Shown here one piece after another: positions 45,570 through 57,288 of a stretch of 64,000 bases of DNA (position 1 is its first letter; each line of letters starts with the position of its first letter). Location: the NCBI GenBank assembly GCA_050486185.1, contig JBJHCT010000001.1, positions 178,866-242,865 on the forward strand, in the 5' to 3' direction. Made by a program: the position numbers and the translations under genes. The stretch is from Candidatus Saccharimonadota bacterium. GTDB lineage: Bacteria; Patescibacteriota; Saccharimonadia; QS-5-54-17. The notes beneath the pieces are model-generated. The model saw only the letters and a list, made by a program, of their open reading frames with translations, was not told the DNA's origin and did no database searches.

Positions 45570-46108
45570 TTTGCTACTCCTGCTGCTTTACCGGCTTTGC
45601 GGATTATATACTCGCCTTGGTAGTGAATACCTTTGCCTTTATATGGCTCAGGTGGTCTTAAGGCTCTAATATCGGCCGCAATCTGGCCAATTAACTGTTT
45701 ATTATATCCCGATATAGTAATTACGTTACCTTCCACTTGAGCTTCTACACCATCAGGCAAGATAACTTCATGTGGGTGTGAGTACCCTAAATTCAGTACC
45801 AACTTATTGCCGCTCAAAGATACCTTGAAACCAACTCCTTCAACTTCTAGGACTTTTGAAAAACCTTCACTAACACCAACTACAGCATTGCTAATTAGAG
45901 TGCGAATTAGTCCGTGTTGGGCTCTAGCTTCTGGTTCGTCGTTAGTGCGAGTAATTACTACACTTTCACCGTCTTTGGCTACCTTAACTTGATCTAGAAT
46001 ATCAACATGTAGTTCACCTTTAGGGCCCTTAACGTTAACTTTATCCTTATCGATATCAACGCTAACTCCGCTAGGTATTGTAATTGGCATGATTCCGACT
46101 CTACTCAT
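45566..46108 (-). CDS. rplF: 50S ribosomal protein L6
   Basis: Conserved sequence and order. Confidence 0.9.
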   Translation of the reverse strand: MSRVGIMPITIPSGVSVDIDKDKVNVKGPKGELHVDILDQVKVAKDGESVVITRTNDEPEARAQHGLIRTLISNAVVGVSEGFSKVLEVEGVGFKVSLSGNKLVLNLGYSHPHEVILPDGVEAQVEGNVITISGYNKQLIGQIAADIRALRPPEPYKGKGIHYQGEYIIRKAGKAAGVAK

Positions 46109-46130
46109 AAGATTATCCTTTAGCCTTTCC

Positions 46131-46520
46131 TTAAAATACCTTACATATCAGCTCACCGCCGATACTTTGTTTTTTAGCTTCTCGGCCGTCCATAATGCCT
46201 TTGGAGGTAGATAGGATGACCACACCCCTACCGCCTAACACCTTAGGTATCTCATCTTTAGATGCATAAACTCGACGGCCTGGCTTAGAGATACGGTGCA
46301 ATTCATTGATCGATTTAGTAGCTGAAGATAGATCTATCTCGATAATCTTGGTAGCTGGAGAGTCTCCAGAAACACTGACATTACCTAAGAATCCCTGCTT
46401 TTTAAGTACTTCTGCTATAGCGTGCTTCATTTTGGAATACGGCACCTCTACTCGGTCTTTGTTGACCGCTAAAGCGTTTCTAATTCTGGTTAACATATCT
46501 GCTATTGTATCCAACGTCAT
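46131..46520 (-). CDS. rpsH: 30S ribosomal protein S8
   Basis: Conserved sequence and order. Confidence 0.9.
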   Translation of the reverse strand: MTLDTIADMLTRIRNALAVNKDRVEVPYSKMKHAIAEVLKKQGFLGNVSVSGDSPATKIIEIDLSSATKSINELHRISKPGRRVYASKDEIPKVLGGRGVVILSTSKGIMDGREAKKQSIGGELICKVF

Positions 46521-46535
46521 AATCTCCTTTTAATA

Positions 46536-46721
46536 CTACCAACTGGCCTTAGTTATGCCTGGTATTTTACCTTCACTAGCTAATTCCCTAAAACATATAC
46601 GACAAAGCCCAAACTGTCTCATGTAAGCTCTAGGTCGACCACACCTATTACAGCGATTGATTTTCCTAGAACTAAACTTAGGCTTTCTAGCTGCTTTTTC
46701 TACTAATGCTTTTCTAGCCAT
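46536..46721 (-). CDS. rpsZ: 30S ribosomal protein S14 type Z (zinc-binding)
   Basis: 61 aa with [23 protein letters not shown]. Confidence 0.9.
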   Translation of the reverse strand: MARKALVEKAARKPKFSSRKINRCNRCGRPRAYMRQFGLCRICFRELASEGKIPGITKASW

Positions 46722-47265
46722 TGTCGCTCCTCTCGAATGGAAAACCCAAAGCTTCTAACAGAGCTTTTGAATGCTCCGAGCTCTTAGAGTCCATAATTAC
46801 GTTAATCTGCAAACCATGAGTAATGTTTAAATCCTCATAGCTTAGCTCTGGAAATATATTCTGATCCTTAATACCTAGTGAGTAGTTGCCACTACCATCA
46901 AAAGCTGTTGGTGATATACCTCTAAAGTCACGCATACGTGGTAATACAACACTAATTAGTCTATCTAGGAACTCATACATTCTCTTGCCCCTTAGAGTTA
47001 CCTTGACACCTATATCGGCACCTTCGCGCAACTTAAAGCCGGCAATGCTCTTCCTAGCTTTGGTAGTTACCGGTTTTTGTCCGGTAATTTTAGTCAAGGT
47101 AGTCTTAGCGGTCTCAAGCGCTCTTGAATCGTTAAGACTGCGTCCAGCACCTACATTAATGACCACTTTTTCTATGCGTGGTACTTCATGTAGGTTGTTA
47201 AGTCCCAATTTACTCTTGAGATCCTTAGCTACTTTCTGCTGGTATTGATCTTGTAATCTGCTCAT
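46714..47265 (-). CDS. rplE: 50S ribosomal protein L5
   Basis: Conserved sequence and order. Confidence 0.9.
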   Translation of the reverse strand: MSRLQDQYQQKVAKDLKSKLGLNNLHEVPRIEKVVINVGAGRSLNDSRALETAKTTLTKITGQKPVTTKARKSIAGFKLREGADIGVKVTLRGKRMYEFLDRLISVVLPRMRDFRGISPTAFDGSGNYSLGIKDQNIFPELSYEDLNITHGLQINVIMDSKSSEHSKALLEALGFPFERSDNG

Positions 47266-47576
47266 TTGACCTCTTTATTATTTGCCTGTCTATAAACGCG
47301 CTTCTTAGTCTCACCCTTGACTTCATAGCCGACTCGGCTAGCTCTTTTATCTTCATCAGGATGAACCAGACCGACATTGCTCACATCTATTGGAGCTGAC
47401 ATCTCAAATATCCCCCCTTTAGGGTTTTTCTGAGTAGGCCTAGCGGCACGTTTAACTATATTTATACCATCTACGACCACCTTATTCAAGGATGGAATCA
47501 CTTTAGACACGGTACCGACTTTACCCTTGTCCTTACCGGCTCTAACAATTACGTTATCTCCCATGCGGATTTTCAT
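47262..47576 (-). CDS. rplX: 50S ribosomal protein L24
   Basis: KOW-domain protein; correct order. Confidence 0.9.
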   Translation of the reverse strand: MKIRMGDNVIVRAGKDKGKVGTVSKVIPSLNKVVVDGINIVKRAARPTQKNPKGGIFEMSAPIDVSNVGLVHPDEDKRASRVGYEVKGETKKRVYRQANNKEVK

Positions 47577-47578
47577 AA

Positions 47579-47947
47579 CTACAGTACCTCCGGTGCTAGT
47601 GAGATAATTTTGGTAAACTTCTTATCCCTTAATTCTCTAGCTACTGGTCCAAAGACACGTGTGCCTCTTGGGTTGTCATTAGCATCGACTATCACAGCTG
47701 CATTTTCATCGAAACGAATAGTAGAGCCATCTTTACGGTTTTTGATGTGATTAGATCTAACTAGAACAGCTCTAACTATCTCTTTCTTCTTAACTCCTGC
47801 GCCTGGTGTAGCTGATTTAACACTGGCTACAAAGATATCACCAATCTTAGCGTAGCGTTTACCACTACCGCCTAAAACGCGAATACACTGTATCTCTTTA
47901 GCACCGCTGTTATCGGCCACTTTTAGTCGGGATTCCTGCTGTATCAT
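47579..47947 (-). CDS. rplN: 50S ribosomal protein L14
   Basis: [17 protein letters not shown] start is typical of L14. Confidence 0.9.
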   Translation of the reverse strand: MIQQESRLKVADNSGAKEIQCIRVLGGSGKRYAKIGDIFVASVKSATPGAGVKKKEIVRAVLVRSNHIKNRKDGSTIRFDENAAVIVDANDNPRGTRVFGPVARELRDKKFTKIISLAPEVL

Positions 47948-48217
47948 CTACTTAGATCCTTTCTCGATGACTTTGATGACTTCCCAGCGCTTACGCTTAC
48001 TGGTCGGTCTAGTCTCGGCAATCTCTACTCTATCGCCAACCTGGTATTGGTTGTCTTCATCGTGAGCTAGAAACTTCTTGGTAATCTTGTATCTTTTGCG
48101 GTACAACGGGTGAGTCTTGAGCCTAGCTACAGCTACAGCTACAGTCTTGTCCATCTTATTAGACACTACATCACCCACTAAAGTTCTGGTTGGTTTTACA
48201 TTTTCAGCTTTACTCAT
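47948..48217 (-). CDS. rpsQ: 30S ribosomal protein S17
   Basis: Conserved sequence and order. Confidence 0.9.
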   Translation of the reverse strand: MSKAENVKPTRTLVGDVVSNKMDKTVAVAVARLKTHPLYRKRYKITKKFLAHDEDNQYQVGDRVEIAETRPTSKRKRWEVIKVIEKGSK

Positions 48218-48407
48218 CTGTAAGCTCCTTTTCTCTAATCAAAGTCTTAATACGGGCAATATCTTTCCTAAGCTTCCTGCCTTGAGAGTTATCGCTAACT
48301 TTCTGGCTACTAATATCAGTTTGAAACTCTAGCCACTCACTAGTAGTTTTATCTAGCAGTTTCTGTAGCTCTTTGGCTGATTGTTTACGCAATTCTGTAA
48401 TCTTCAT
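48210..48407 (-). CDS. rpmC: 50S ribosomal protein L29
   Basis: 65 aa; correct order. Confidence 0.85.
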   Translation of the reverse strand: MKITELRKQSAKELQKLLDKTTSEWLEFQTDISSQKVSDNSQGRKLRKDIARIKTLIREKELTDE

Positions 48408-48832
48408 TATTCCGTCTCTCCTGCTGTGTGCCTGATGATGAACTTAGTTTTAACCGGTAGTTTATGGGCAGCTAGCCTCATAGCTTCTCTAGCTATTTCC
48501 TCACTTACACCAGACATTTCAAAAAGCATAGCACCGGGTCTAACTTTAGCCACGAAAAACTCTGGGGCACCTTTACCACTACCCATAGGGGTTTCATTAG
48601 GTTTCCTAGTTACCGGTGTATCTGGGAAGATGCGAATCCAGATTTTACCACCTCTTTTAACGTATCTAGTCATAGCTCGACGTGATGCCTCTATCTGTCT
48701 AGAGGTGATTCTAGCTGTTCCGTGTGACTGTAGCCCATAGCTACCAAAAGATACTTCATTAGCACGGTGAGCTAGGCCTTTAACACGGCCCTTCATCACT
48801 TTGCGGTATTTAGTTTTATTCGGTAGTAACAT
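48407..48832 (-). CDS. rplP: 50S ribosomal protein L16
   Basis: Conserved sequence and order. Confidence 0.9.
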   Translation of the reverse strand: MLLPNKTKYRKVMKGRVKGLAHRANEVSFGSYGLQSHGTARITSRQIEASRRAMTRYVKRGGKIWIRIFPDTPVTRKPNETPMGSGKGAPEFFVAKVRPGAMLFEMSGVSEEIAREAMRLAAHKLPVKTKFIIRHTAGETE

Positions 48833-48834
48833 AA

Positions 48835-49461
48835 CTACTCCTCCCCCTTGTATATCCAGACCTTAACACCTATAACGCCGTATGTGGTGGTAGCCTTAAC
48901 GCTAGCGTAGTCGATATCAGCTCTGAGTGTGTGTAGCGGTATAGAACCAACCGCTTCTTTTTCAACTCTAGCCATCTCAGCGCCATTTAACCGGCCTGAA
49001 ACCATAATCTTAATACCTTTAGCACCAGATCTCATGGTAGCATCTGCACTAGATTTGATAGCTCGCCTGAAAGATATTCTGCGTTCTAACTGAGAAGCGA
49101 TATTATCGGCTACTAACTTAGCGTATAGCTCAGGCTTTTTGATCTCTTCGATATTGAGCGTAATAGGTCCTTCAACTAGTTGTGATAGTTTATTCTTCAA
49201 CATCTCTACGCTCTCACCACCACGGCCGATAACTACTCCAGGTCTAGCTGTATAGATGTTAACTATTAGTGAATTAACCGATCTTTCGATCTCTATTTTG
49301 TTGATAGCGGCTCTACGGTCAAGCTGCTTTTCGATTAGTTCACGAATCTTGATGTCTTGATTTAAGGTTTTAGCATAGTCACGCTTAGGAGCAAACCACT
49401 TGGACTGCCAATTCTTATTGACCTGCAACCTCATGCTAGTTGGGTTAACTTTGTGACTCAT
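48835..49461 (-). CDS. rpsC: 30S ribosomal protein S3
   Basis: KH domain; correct order. Confidence 0.9.
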   Translation of the reverse strand: MSHKVNPTSMRLQVNKNWQSKWFAPKRDYAKTLNQDIKIRELIEKQLDRRAAINKIEIERSVNSLIVNIYTARPGVVIGRGGESVEMLKNKLSQLVEGPITLNIEEIKKPELYAKLVADNIASQLERRISFRRAIKSSADATMRSGAKGIKIMVSGRLNGAEMARVEKEAVGSIPLHTLRADIDYASVKATTTYGVIGVKVWIYKGEE

Positions 49462-49796
49462 TATTTAGCCTCTTTCTTTTCTAATTGCACGACTACATTA
49501 CTTAGTCTGTGCCTCTGTGGTTTAACGGTACTCTTACCACCTATTTTGAATCTTTTAATCATACCGGCAGTATTAACATTGATATCGGCAATCTTGAGCT
49601 CATTAATATCGAGCTTGTCGTTATGTTCAGCATTAGCAGCGGCACTTTTGATGATCTCAGATAGATGTTTAGCAGCGCTTCTGGGGGTATTCTCTAAGAT
49701 TACTAGAGCATCAGCTACATCACGCTTTCTAACTAAAGCGGCTACTACACCTAATTTACGTTGGGAAGTCTTCACTCCCTTAGCTATAGCCTTCAT
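49461..49796 (-). CDS. rplV: 50S ribosomal protein L22
   Basis: Conserved sequence and order. Confidence 0.9.
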   Translation of the reverse strand: MKAIAKGVKTSQRKLGVVAALVRKRDVADALVILENTPRSAAKHLSEIIKSAAANAEHNDKLDINELKIADINVNTAGMIKRFKIGGKSTVKPQRHRLSNVVVQLEKKEAK

Positions 49797-50071
49797 TCTG
49801 AATCTCCTTTAGCTAGTTTTCCACCGTGTCTAATAAATTTCCTAGTGGGAGCAAACTCGCCTAGCTTATGGCCAACCATATTTTCACTAACAAAGACAGG
49901 CACATGAACTCTGCCGTTATGTACAGCAATCGTCTTACCTACCATCTCAGGAGTGATAGTTGAGCCTCTAGCCCAAGTTTTGATAATGGTCCTATCATTG
50001 GTACCTAAAGACTCCACCTTCTTTTGAAGGCGTTCATCAATGTATGGTCCTTTTTTAAGTGATCTTCCCAC
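49793..50071 (-). CDS. rpsS: 30S ribosomal protein S19
   Basis: Conserved sequence and order. Confidence 0.9.
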   Translation of the reverse strand: MGRSLKKGPYIDERLQKKVESLGTNDRTIIKTWARGSTITPEMVGKTIAVHNGRVHVPVFVSENMVGHKLGEFAPTRKFIRHGGKLAKGDSE

Positions 50072-50072
50072 T

Positions 50073-50903
50073 TTATCTCCTACTCTTATTTCTTGATCTA
50101 ACTATTAGCTCTTGGCCGCGCTTACGTCTACGGGTCTTCTTACCTATAGCAATCTTACCTGTAGGTGTACGTGGCAAGCGTCCAGGTCCAGATAGACCCT
50201 CTCCACCACCCATAGGGTGATCGACTGGGTTCATAGCCTTACCGCGAACACTTGGTCTCTTACCTTTACGACGATTGCGACCAGCACTGCCAATAGTGAT
50301 ATTTTGGTGCTGTTCGTTACCAACGCTGCCTAGTGTAGCGTAACAGTTCTGATGTATCAAGCGAACCTCACCACTAGGTAGTCTGACGAAAGCGTATTCG
50401 CCCTCTTTAGAGGTTAGCTGGGCTCTAGCACCAGCACTACGGACTAGCTGTCCACCTTTGCCGATATGCATCTCGATATTGTAGATACTACTACCTAGAG
50501 GAATACTAGCTAGAGGTAACCTATTACCAGGCTTAATAGCTGCTTCACTGCCTGCCTCAATCTTGTCTCCGACACTCATCTTGGCACCGGCTAGAATGTA
50601 GGCATACTGTTCATCTTCAGTTTTAATCAAAGCGATTCTAGCAGTTCTGTTAGGGTCATACTCGATAGATTCAACTACTCCTTTGATGCCATCTTGGAGC
50701 CTAAAGTCTACTTGGCGATATTTACGCTTAGAGCCGCCACCACGATGTCGGGTAGTAATCTTGCCGTCGTTACCGCGACCAGATATCCTTTGCTTAGGTG
50801 CAGTTAAGGATTTCTTGGGTTTCTTAGCCGTGATTGAGGAGGTGTCTTGAGATGTCATATCCCTTCTACCTGGTGTAGTTGGTTTGTATTTTTCAACTGC
50901 CAT
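50073..50903 (-). CDS. rplB: 50S ribosomal protein L2
   Basis: Conserved sequence and order. Confidence 0.9.
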   Translation of the reverse strand: MAVEKYKPTTPGRRDMTSQDTSSITAKKPKKSLTAPKQRISGRGNDGKITTRHRGGGSKRKYRQVDFRLQDGIKGVVESIEYDPNRTARIALIKTEDEQYAYILAGAKMSVGDKIEAGSEAAIKPGNRLPLASIPLGSSIYNIEMHIGKGGQLVRSAGARAQLTSKEGEYAFVRLPSGEVRLIHQNCYATLGSVGNEQHQNITIGSAGRNRRKGKRPSVRGKAMNPVDHPMGGGEGLSGPGRLPRTPTGKIAIGKKTRRRKRGQELIVRSRNKSRR

Positions 50904-51196
50904 TACTCACTCCCCTCAAATAGCTTAATACTGTCGCCATCTTTAACTCGCACGTAGGCTTGTTTTAGATCGCTTCTTTCACCGGTAATAAATCTGCGAC
51001 CTCTACGAACGTAGGTACGCTTGGTTTTGCCTTTATTAATCTTGGTACGCACAGATTCAACCCCTACTTCGTATCTATCAGACACTGCCTTAGCGATCGA
51101 TATCTTATCGGCGCTTTTTGGTACATAGAAAACGTAAGTATTCTCTTCATCTGCGAGAACAATAGCTTTTTCAGAAATGGCAGGTTTTAATAACAT
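50903..51196 (-). CDS. rplW: 50S ribosomal protein L23
   Basis: Conserved sequence and order. Confidence 0.9.
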   Translation of the reverse strand: MLLKPAISEKAIVLADEENTYVFYVPKSADKISIAKAVSDRYEVGVESVRTKINKGKTKRTYVRRGRRFITGERSDLKQAYVRVKDGDSIKLFEGSE

Positions 51197-51197
51197 C

Positions 51198-51833
51198 TTA
51201 TTCTCCTAGCCTTTCGCTGATTAGCTTTAGGGCCGGCTTAGTAATAAGTAGATTATCACTGTCGATAACTTGCTTGGTATTTAGGCTACTAGCCAGTACT
51301 ACTTGAACTGATGATATATTGTTAGCCGCACGTTTTAGGTCTTCGCTGACTTCATCAACCACTAATAGAACGTTTCTGTTGAGTTTTAGCTTATCTAGTA
51401 TAATCTTTAAACTTTTAGTCTTGCCGTCTTTGGCTTCAAGAGCCTCGATGATAGCTATATTGCCGCTACTAGCCTTGAGACTTAAAGCTTGTCTTATAGC
51501 TAATCTACCAGCTGTCTTATTCAGCTTTTTACTGTAGTTGCGCTCTTTGAGTGGGCCGAAAGTAATTCCACCACCGCGCCAGATAGGGCTACGGATCGAT
51601 CCAGCTCTAGCTCGACCGGTACCCTTTTGTCTCCATGGCTTTTTACCACCACCGCGGACATTGCTTCTAGTTTTAGTGTGGGCACTAGATTTGCGTCCGT
51701 TGCTCATATGAGTCTCATATGCTTGTTTGAGTAAGTGATGGTTTGCAACGTCTTCGCCAAACACTACCTTTGATAGGGTAGTAGCTTTGGTGGCCTTAGC
51801 CCCAGTCTTGGTGTAAGTTGCTGCAGTCGCCAT
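51198..51833 (-). CDS. rplD: 50S ribosomal protein L4
   Basis: Conserved sequence and order. Confidence 0.9.
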   Translation of the reverse strand: MATAATYTKTGAKATKATTLSKVVFGEDVANHHLLKQAYETHMSNGRKSSAHTKTRSNVRGGGKKPWRQKGTGRARAGSIRSPIWRGGGITFGPLKERNYSKKLNKTAGRLAIRQALSLKASSGNIAIIEALEAKDGKTKSLKIILDKLKLNRNVLLVVDEVSEDLKRAANNISSVQVVLASSLNTKQVIDSDNLLITKPALKLISERLGE

Positions 51834-52444
51834 TACTCTTTATCCCCTTTAGATTCAATTACCACAATGCCGCCTTTATTACCTGGAACTGCACCGCTAA
51901 TAGCTAGGATGTTATCAGTCGTATCAACAGCCTCGATTTTCAGTCCCTTAGTAGTAACTTTTTCATCACCCATACGACCAGGCATCTTCCTACCCTTATA
52001 GACCTTTTGTGGGTACATAGAACCAATACTTCCAAGTTTGCGTTTGCTTTGAGAACCATGGCTCATAGGGCCTCTACTGAAGTTATGTCGCTTGATAGTG
52101 CCGGCAAAACCTTTACCTTTACTAATACCACTAACTGTAACCTCGTCACCAACTTCAAAGTTAGAGACATCTACTTTGTCGCCAACTTTAGCATCAGAAC
52201 TTAACTTAAACTCACGCAAGTACCGATGGTTAGACTTGCTAGACTTTAAGTGTCCTGCCTGGGGCTTGCTTTGGTGCTTTGCCTCTCCATAACCTAGTTG
52301 CACAGCCTCATAACCATCTTTGTCTGAGTTTTTTAGGGCTGTAATAGTGCACGGGCCAGCCTCTACCAAAGTAACCGCCTTGGCGCTAGAGTCATCTGTA
52401 AAAATTTGTGTCATGCCGAGCTTACGCCCGATGATAGCTTTCAT
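51833..52444 (-). CDS. rplC: 50S ribosomal protein L3
   Basis: Conserved sequence. Separated from rpsJ by an inserted cassette. Confidence 0.9.
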   Translation of the reverse strand: MKAIIGRKLGMTQIFTDDSSAKAVTLVEAGPCTITALKNSDKDGYEAVQLGYGEAKHQSKPQAGHLKSSKSNHRYLREFKLSSDAKVGDKVDVSNFEVGDEVTVSGISKGKGFAGTIKRHNFSRGPMSHGSQSKRKLGSIGSMYPQKVYKGRKMPGRMGDEKVTTKGLKIEAVDTTDNILAISGAVPGNKGGIVVIESKGDKE

Positions 52445-52606
52445 CTTAGTTATTCCTTATCTAAACATAAAAATACTGCTACGAATTATACCTTTACTTT
52501 CAGGTATCTTCTAGCAGTCTCCGCCTAAAATATAGCGAATCTGTGTTTATATCCTAGGAATTGTAACAGTATATTTCCCCAGGTGTCAACTGTAGTAGCG
52601 AAAAAT

Positions 52607-53656
52607 CTATTTCCACTTACCTATAGCTGCATAACCTATTATAGTTTCTGTGCCAGAAGCCCTCTGATTGACATCTATACCCCTGATCGAAATGCTAGTG
52701 GTGGATATAGCGCTGACGGTGCCCCATGAAGCACTAGTACCCCACTTAAAGACAGTGGTTAGAGGTGTTGGGGTTTCAGAAAATTGCTGGGGGAAGGTGT
52801 ACGCCCTAACACCTTGGTAGAGACTACCGTAGGCGTTGTCAATGCTTTGATCGGTCACGGTTTCGACCTTGTGAATAATCATAGTTCCATCAGACCATTT
52901 CACCCAATTACCATTACTATCAGAACCGGACTCTACAACGGGAGCACCATTAGATACTAGGCCCCCTGCAACTACAGTACCGCTAAACTCTACTTCGCTA
53001 GTGCTGTGATCAACCGCTATAACATCTTCATCTTTTTGATAGTTCCATAACCTAATATCACTACTGGGCTGATCAAGATACCATAGCCATTTGCTCTCTG
53101 ATGAATCAGCTAGAGCAAAGCCGTGATAACTTGATGATCTGACCCGAATGTGCCCGCCCAAAACATCGAATATAGTGTTGGAGCTATTTGTACCTGGATT
53201 AACATTATTAACCCCTATCCTGCCCCCAGAATCTATATACAATCTGGCTTGAGAGTCTACGCCATCCCATATATATAAATCTCTAGTATTGTTACCGTTG
53301 TAGTCGGTGCCTATATTAAACCGGCCGGCACCTTGTTGTCTGAATTTAATTTCGCTATCCATACGAGTAGCAGAGTCTTTATCTATAGTGATGCCGCCCC
53401 AGTTATCGTTATGACGAACATGCAGCTTTGTTCCCGGAGTATCTGCGCCTATACCTACCCTACCATCTAATCTATAGATATCGTTCCCGCTAACTACCCA
53501 TGAAGACAGAGAAGAAGGCGTTATCCAGGCAGTATCATAATCATTAATAGAATCCTTGGCTAAAACATCACCACTAGCACCGCCAGCCGGAATGCCTTTC
53601 CCACCACCACCTCCTAGCGGCACCAACTCGCCATTTTGTTTTATCCAACGTGTCAT
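52607..53656 (-). CDS. Tail-fibre-like beta-rich protein (S10-operon cassette gene 5)
   Basis: GDVLAKDSINDYDTAW near the N-terminus, and the fibre-associated RVGIGADTPGTKLHV motif. No signal peptide. Confidence 0.55.
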   Translation of the reverse strand: MTRWIKQNGELVPLGGGGGKGIPAGGASGDVLAKDSINDYDTAWITPSSLSSWVVSGNDIYRLDGRVGIGADTPGTKLHVRHNDNWGGITIDKDSATRMDSEIKFRQQGAGRFNIGTDYNGNNTRDLYIWDGVDSQARLYIDSGGRIGVNNVNPGTNSSNTIFDVLGGHIRVRSSSYHGFALADSSESKWLWYLDQPSSDIRLWNYQKDEDVIAVDHSTSEVEFSGTVVAGGLVSNGAPVVESGSDSNGNWVKWSDGTMIIHKVETVTDQSIDNAYGSLYQGVRAYTFPQQFSETPTPLTTVFKWGTSASWGTVSAISTTSISIRGIDVNQRASGTETIIGYAAIGKWK

Positions 53657-53746
53657 TTTGTTGATTATTATACTCTCTTAGTAATACCTATAGATTAGCA
53701 CAAGCATATATCAGTCTCAAAAAAACACACAAACATTTAGCTAATG

Positions 53747-54526
53747 CTAAGTAGGCACTGCATCTACTCTATAATAGAGCCCCGTCTTCTCACTGTCACT
53801 ATCATTTAGGGTACCGGCCTGTCCTGTTAAGTTAAAATTAAAACTGTGAGTGCCGGAATTGAGAACTACCATGCCAATCCCAGCGGTTGTGCGCACGTGA
53901 CTATCACCTGTATTAACAGGCATAGCTACTCTTCTTATACTATTTCCATTAACTAGGGCATCGATATAAAACCAGCTAGTGGTTGTAGCACCACTGGGCC
54001 TTGCTGAAACGTTGAAATCCACGCTCAAAACCGCATTAAAGGGTAGCTCTATTTCTATATCTGTACTAAAAAAGTTAGTACCCCTATCCCAAGTACCTTT
54101 TGCAGCCTGGTCTTGAGCTAGAGTTAGAGCAACGTTATTGGCTCTAATCCATCCATCAACATCTAGCCTAACTTGCGGGTTTTCCACTCCTATACCTACT
54201 GAGCCGCCGCCGCTAGGCATAATCTTGATATCTTCACCCGCACCAGAAACAATGTTGTGACCGTTAACGTCTAAGTCACCTCCCAGTTGTGGCGAGTCAT
54301 CCTCCACTAATTTAGATATAGTACTCATACTATTAACTGTCCCTGCAACTTCATCTATTGCAGACTTAACATCTGTAGCGAGTAATCCTGATTCAGTATT
54401 GTCGTATGAAAGACTACTTATATCAATGCTAGCTTCAGATAAATCTATGGTGCCATCTGGATGCAAGACTATATTAGAATCCATAGCATCGGGATGCTGT
54501 ATTTTTGTAGTCTTAACGGTACTCAT
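53747..54526 (-). CDS. Tail-fibre-like protein (cassette gene 4)
   Basis: N-terminus ...KIQHPDAMDSNIVLHPDGTIDLSEASIDISSLSYDNTESGLLATDVKSAIDEV is paralogous to cassette gene 3. Has the SVGIGVENPQVRLDVDG motif. Confidence 0.55.
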   Translation of the reverse strand: MSTVKTTKIQHPDAMDSNIVLHPDGTIDLSEASIDISSLSYDNTESGLLATDVKSAIDEVAGTVNSMSTISKLVEDDSPQLGGDLDVNGHNIVSGAGEDIKIMPSGGGSVGIGVENPQVRLDVDGWIRANNVALTLAQDQAAKGTWDRGTNFFSTDIEIELPFNAVLSVDFNVSARPSGATTTSWFYIDALVNGNSIRRVAMPVNTGDSHVRTTAGIGMVVLNSGTHSFNFNLTGQAGTLNDSDSEKTGLYYRVDAVPT

Positions 54527-54532
54527 ACTTAA

Positions 54533-55408
54533 TTAACCTTCTAGCCAAAAGCCCCTAGTATAAATATTCTCCACCCAGGGTTGCCAACCACCCGAGTAAG
54601 CCCATATATAGAACCTACCCTCGGAATCCGTCTCTACATCATACTCTATACCCCATCTATCCACACCCACCCCCTGTATAGCAGGGGCATGGGAGGTCCA
54701 AGCATTCCCCGTAGTTGGATCGCCAAATGGTTTAGTCATCCAAAGCATTCCCGAAGCGCCAAGTCTTCTGGTAACTATATATAATTTTACCGCACCTATA
54801 CGACCAATTACTCCCTGTGGCAAGTGCTGACTCATATCTATTAGCTGTGGGCTGGTCGATAGTGGATTTTGTGTAAATATACTACTGGAAGCTAAAGGTG
54901 ATGATTTATCTAATCTATAGTATGCTCCTAGAGCTTTATAGTTAGAGAACTGTTCGTATCTAATGTTGTCGCCAACCCTCACCTCTCCATCAACATGCAG
55001 ACTGGCTTGTGGGTCATCTGTACCTACACCCACCCTGTTATCTGTAGTATTTACGCTAATAGTAGGGGTTTGGCCATCTGAAACCTTGAAAGCTTCAGTG
55101 TTGTTAGTGGCAACATCAACAGGGCCACTAAAGCTAGCCCCATCTAACGGGGCCTTTTTACTATCTAACTCATCGATTGCTTCCTTAACATTGTTTGCAC
55201 TAACAGTAGAGTTGGTATTGTCATAAGTGATACTGCTATTAGTGTCGATATTAACATCAGAGATATTGACCTTGCCGTCTTGATTGAAGGTAATATTGGC
55301 ATCTACAGCTTCAGGGTGTTTAATTGATGTAGTTTTAATTTCCCCAGTTTCTACAGTATTGGTATCCACTACATCACTAATTATTCTATTGGCCTTTATA
55401 TCAGACAA
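54533..55408 (-). CDS. Tail-fibre-like protein (cassette gene 3)
   Basis: ...SIKHPEAVDANITFNQDGKVNISDVNIDTNSSITYDNTNSTVSANNVKEAIDEL, with the RVGVGTDDPQASLHVDG motif. Confidence 0.55.
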   Translation of the reverse strand: MSDIKANRIISDVVDTNTVETGEIKTTSIKHPEAVDANITFNQDGKVNISDVNIDTNSSITYDNTNSTVSANNVKEAIDELDSKKAPLDGASFSGPVDVATNNTEAFKVSDGQTPTISVNTTDNRVGVGTDDPQASLHVDGEVRVGDNIRYEQFSNYKALGAYYRLDKSSPLASSSIFTQNPLSTSPQLIDMSQHLPQGVIGRIGAVKLYIVTRRLGASGMLWMTKPFGDPTTGNAWTSHAPAIQGVGVDRWGIEYDVETDSEGRFYIWAYSGGWQPWVENIYTRGFWLEG

Positions 55409-55511
55409 AATAACACCTCTTTATACTTAATTTTAATTAGGAGTTAAAACTACTAATACATATATACTACGCAAGCTACAAACAAGGTGTCAAATCAGTC
55501 ACGCTTAGGTA

Positions 55512-57281
55512 TTATCCCACTCTACCTAGTAATATGGCTACTTCGCTATCTACTGGCCACGGATTAAATTTACAACCCTGCAAGTCTATAGACTGTTGCA
55601 ACATCACTGGAGCCGGTGCTCCTGGAGTAGGGCAGTTTAGATGACCAAAGCCAAGTAGGTGACCGGCTTCATGATTGACCACCATATGACGGTAATCTCG
55701 CAAATTCCCACCGGCCTCATTCCAAGAAGGTGTAGCATTTCTCCACCTAACATCATTAATAATGACATCTCTACCGACTCGGCAACTATACTCTGCTGAG
55801 CAGAGAGTAGAGAAACTAGTCAGCTGATCAGCTGCTGCCAGCCAGATAGTGAAATCACTCACACCACTATCTACTCTGCGGAATCCTACGTCACTTCTAG
55901 ACCATCCTCGGCTATCACCTAGAGTTTGGGCAACCAATACTGCAAACTCATTAATATCAGCTACTGTATCCCCTCTAGTAGCGATATTGTAGGTCAATAC
56001 TAAGCTAGGACTTTTAATGCAATACTCTATAGAGCCCTCACCTAGTTCTACCTCGTCTGATTTAGCTGATATAGCTAATATGTAGCATTGATCTTCCAAA
56101 AAACTACCATCTACTACCCCTGATAGATTTACACTTAGTCTATCCTCGCTATTGAGGCTATCTAGTTGATTTGTATCTAAGGACATTCTTTCATCTATAC
56201 TTAGTGGCTGTTGATCACTATCGACAACAAGCTCTAAAGATTTAATAGTTGGCCCGCTTTTATGCAGCATAATATCAATACTTAACTCATCTCCAGATGA
56301 AACCTCTACAGAGCTGGTTGAGATCTCTAAATCTAGAGAAGACTCCTGGGGGTAGGCAAAAACTAACAAAGTTTCTGAGCCGACATATGGAGCATATACA
56401 GAAGCAGCCGAGAGACGTAAATCAAAACTATGACCTCTAATGACGTCTAAGATATTGGTGGTAGCAAAATCACTGTGCCACTCAGTAGAGCAATTTATGC
56501 TTCTTGGACAGTTATCACTAACAAATTGATACCCTGCACCCTTACTGGGTAGACCCTCATCAGTTTGAGTAGTAATATCACCACACTCTAGGTAGTTGAT
56601 ACACCACAGCTGATGAGACTCATCTTCATTGATAATATCTACACTACCTCCATCATCGACCCAAACAGCCGCCTTGTCGGCAAAATCACCATAAACCGGT
56701 GTCTCAAGATCTAAATTAGTATTCGCTATATCGATACTAAAGGGGTTTAATCTACTTAAGAGTGATGGCTTTTTAATAAACTTGGGAGACTTAGAGCTAG
56801 TAATGTCTTGGTTTAGATTTGGTACTCCTAATCTTACGTATTCTGCCCTAGCGCCGCTGTAGCGATATTGATCTGACAGTAAGTCTATAGTTTCATCAAT
56901 ATCACTACTACAAGCATGCTCACCACCGGTAGCTATATAAGTTGGCTCTTCTTCGATAGTCAGAGGCTTGTTAATATCATCTGCTTTGCCGTAAAGACTG
57001 AAGCTTCTAACTTGGTAATGCATTCCCTCTTGATTCCAGATCTCTGAGTCACTCTCATCATTACTACCATCGCTACTTTCTTCACCACCATCCCAGGAAG
57101 CGACTACATCACCATAGGAGACCTGGCACTGAGAATAATTAACATCAGCTATTACTGGATAACTAAACCACCAATAACCCCAAGAGGCTGTAGCTACTGC
57201 CAAGATACTCACAAGAGATATCAGTAGAGTCTTTGGTGAAGTTACTAGTTGCTTCATCCAAGCTCGGATTAATTTCATCAA
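55512..57281 (-). CDS. Membrane-anchored/secreted metzincin-type zinc metalloprotease
   Basis: N-terminal hydrophobic anchor. C-terminal HEAGHLLGFGH (HExxHxxGxxH) followed by a Met-turn-like APAPVM. Confidence 0.7.
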   Translation of the reverse strand: MMKLIRAWMKQLVTSPKTLLISLVSILAVATASWGYWWFSYPVIADVNYSQCQVSYGDVVASWDGGEESSDGSNDESDSEIWNQEGMHYQVRSFSLYGKADDINKPLTIEEEPTYIATGGEHACSSDIDETIDLLSDQYRYSGARAEYVRLGVPNLNQDITSSKSPKFIKKPSLLSRLNPFSIDIANTNLDLETPVYGDFADKAAVWVDDGGSVDIINEDESHQLWCINYLECGDITTQTDEGLPSKGAGYQFVSDNCPRSINCSTEWHSDFATTNILDVIRGHSFDLRLSAASVYAPYVGSETLLVFAYPQESSLDLEISTSSVEVSSGDELSIDIMLHKSGPTIKSLELVVDSDQQPLSIDERMSLDTNQLDSLNSEDRLSVNLSGVVDGSFLEDQCYILAISAKSDEVELGEGSIEYCIKSPSLVLTYNIATRGDTVADINEFAVLVAQTLGDSRGWSRSDVGFRRVDSGVSDFTIWLAAADQLTSFSTLCSAEYSCRVGRDVIINDVRWRNATPSWNEAGGNLRDYRHMVVNHEAGHLLGFGHLNCPTPGAPAPVMLQQSIDLQGCKFNPWPVDSEVAILLGRVG

Positions 57282-57288
57282 TTAACTC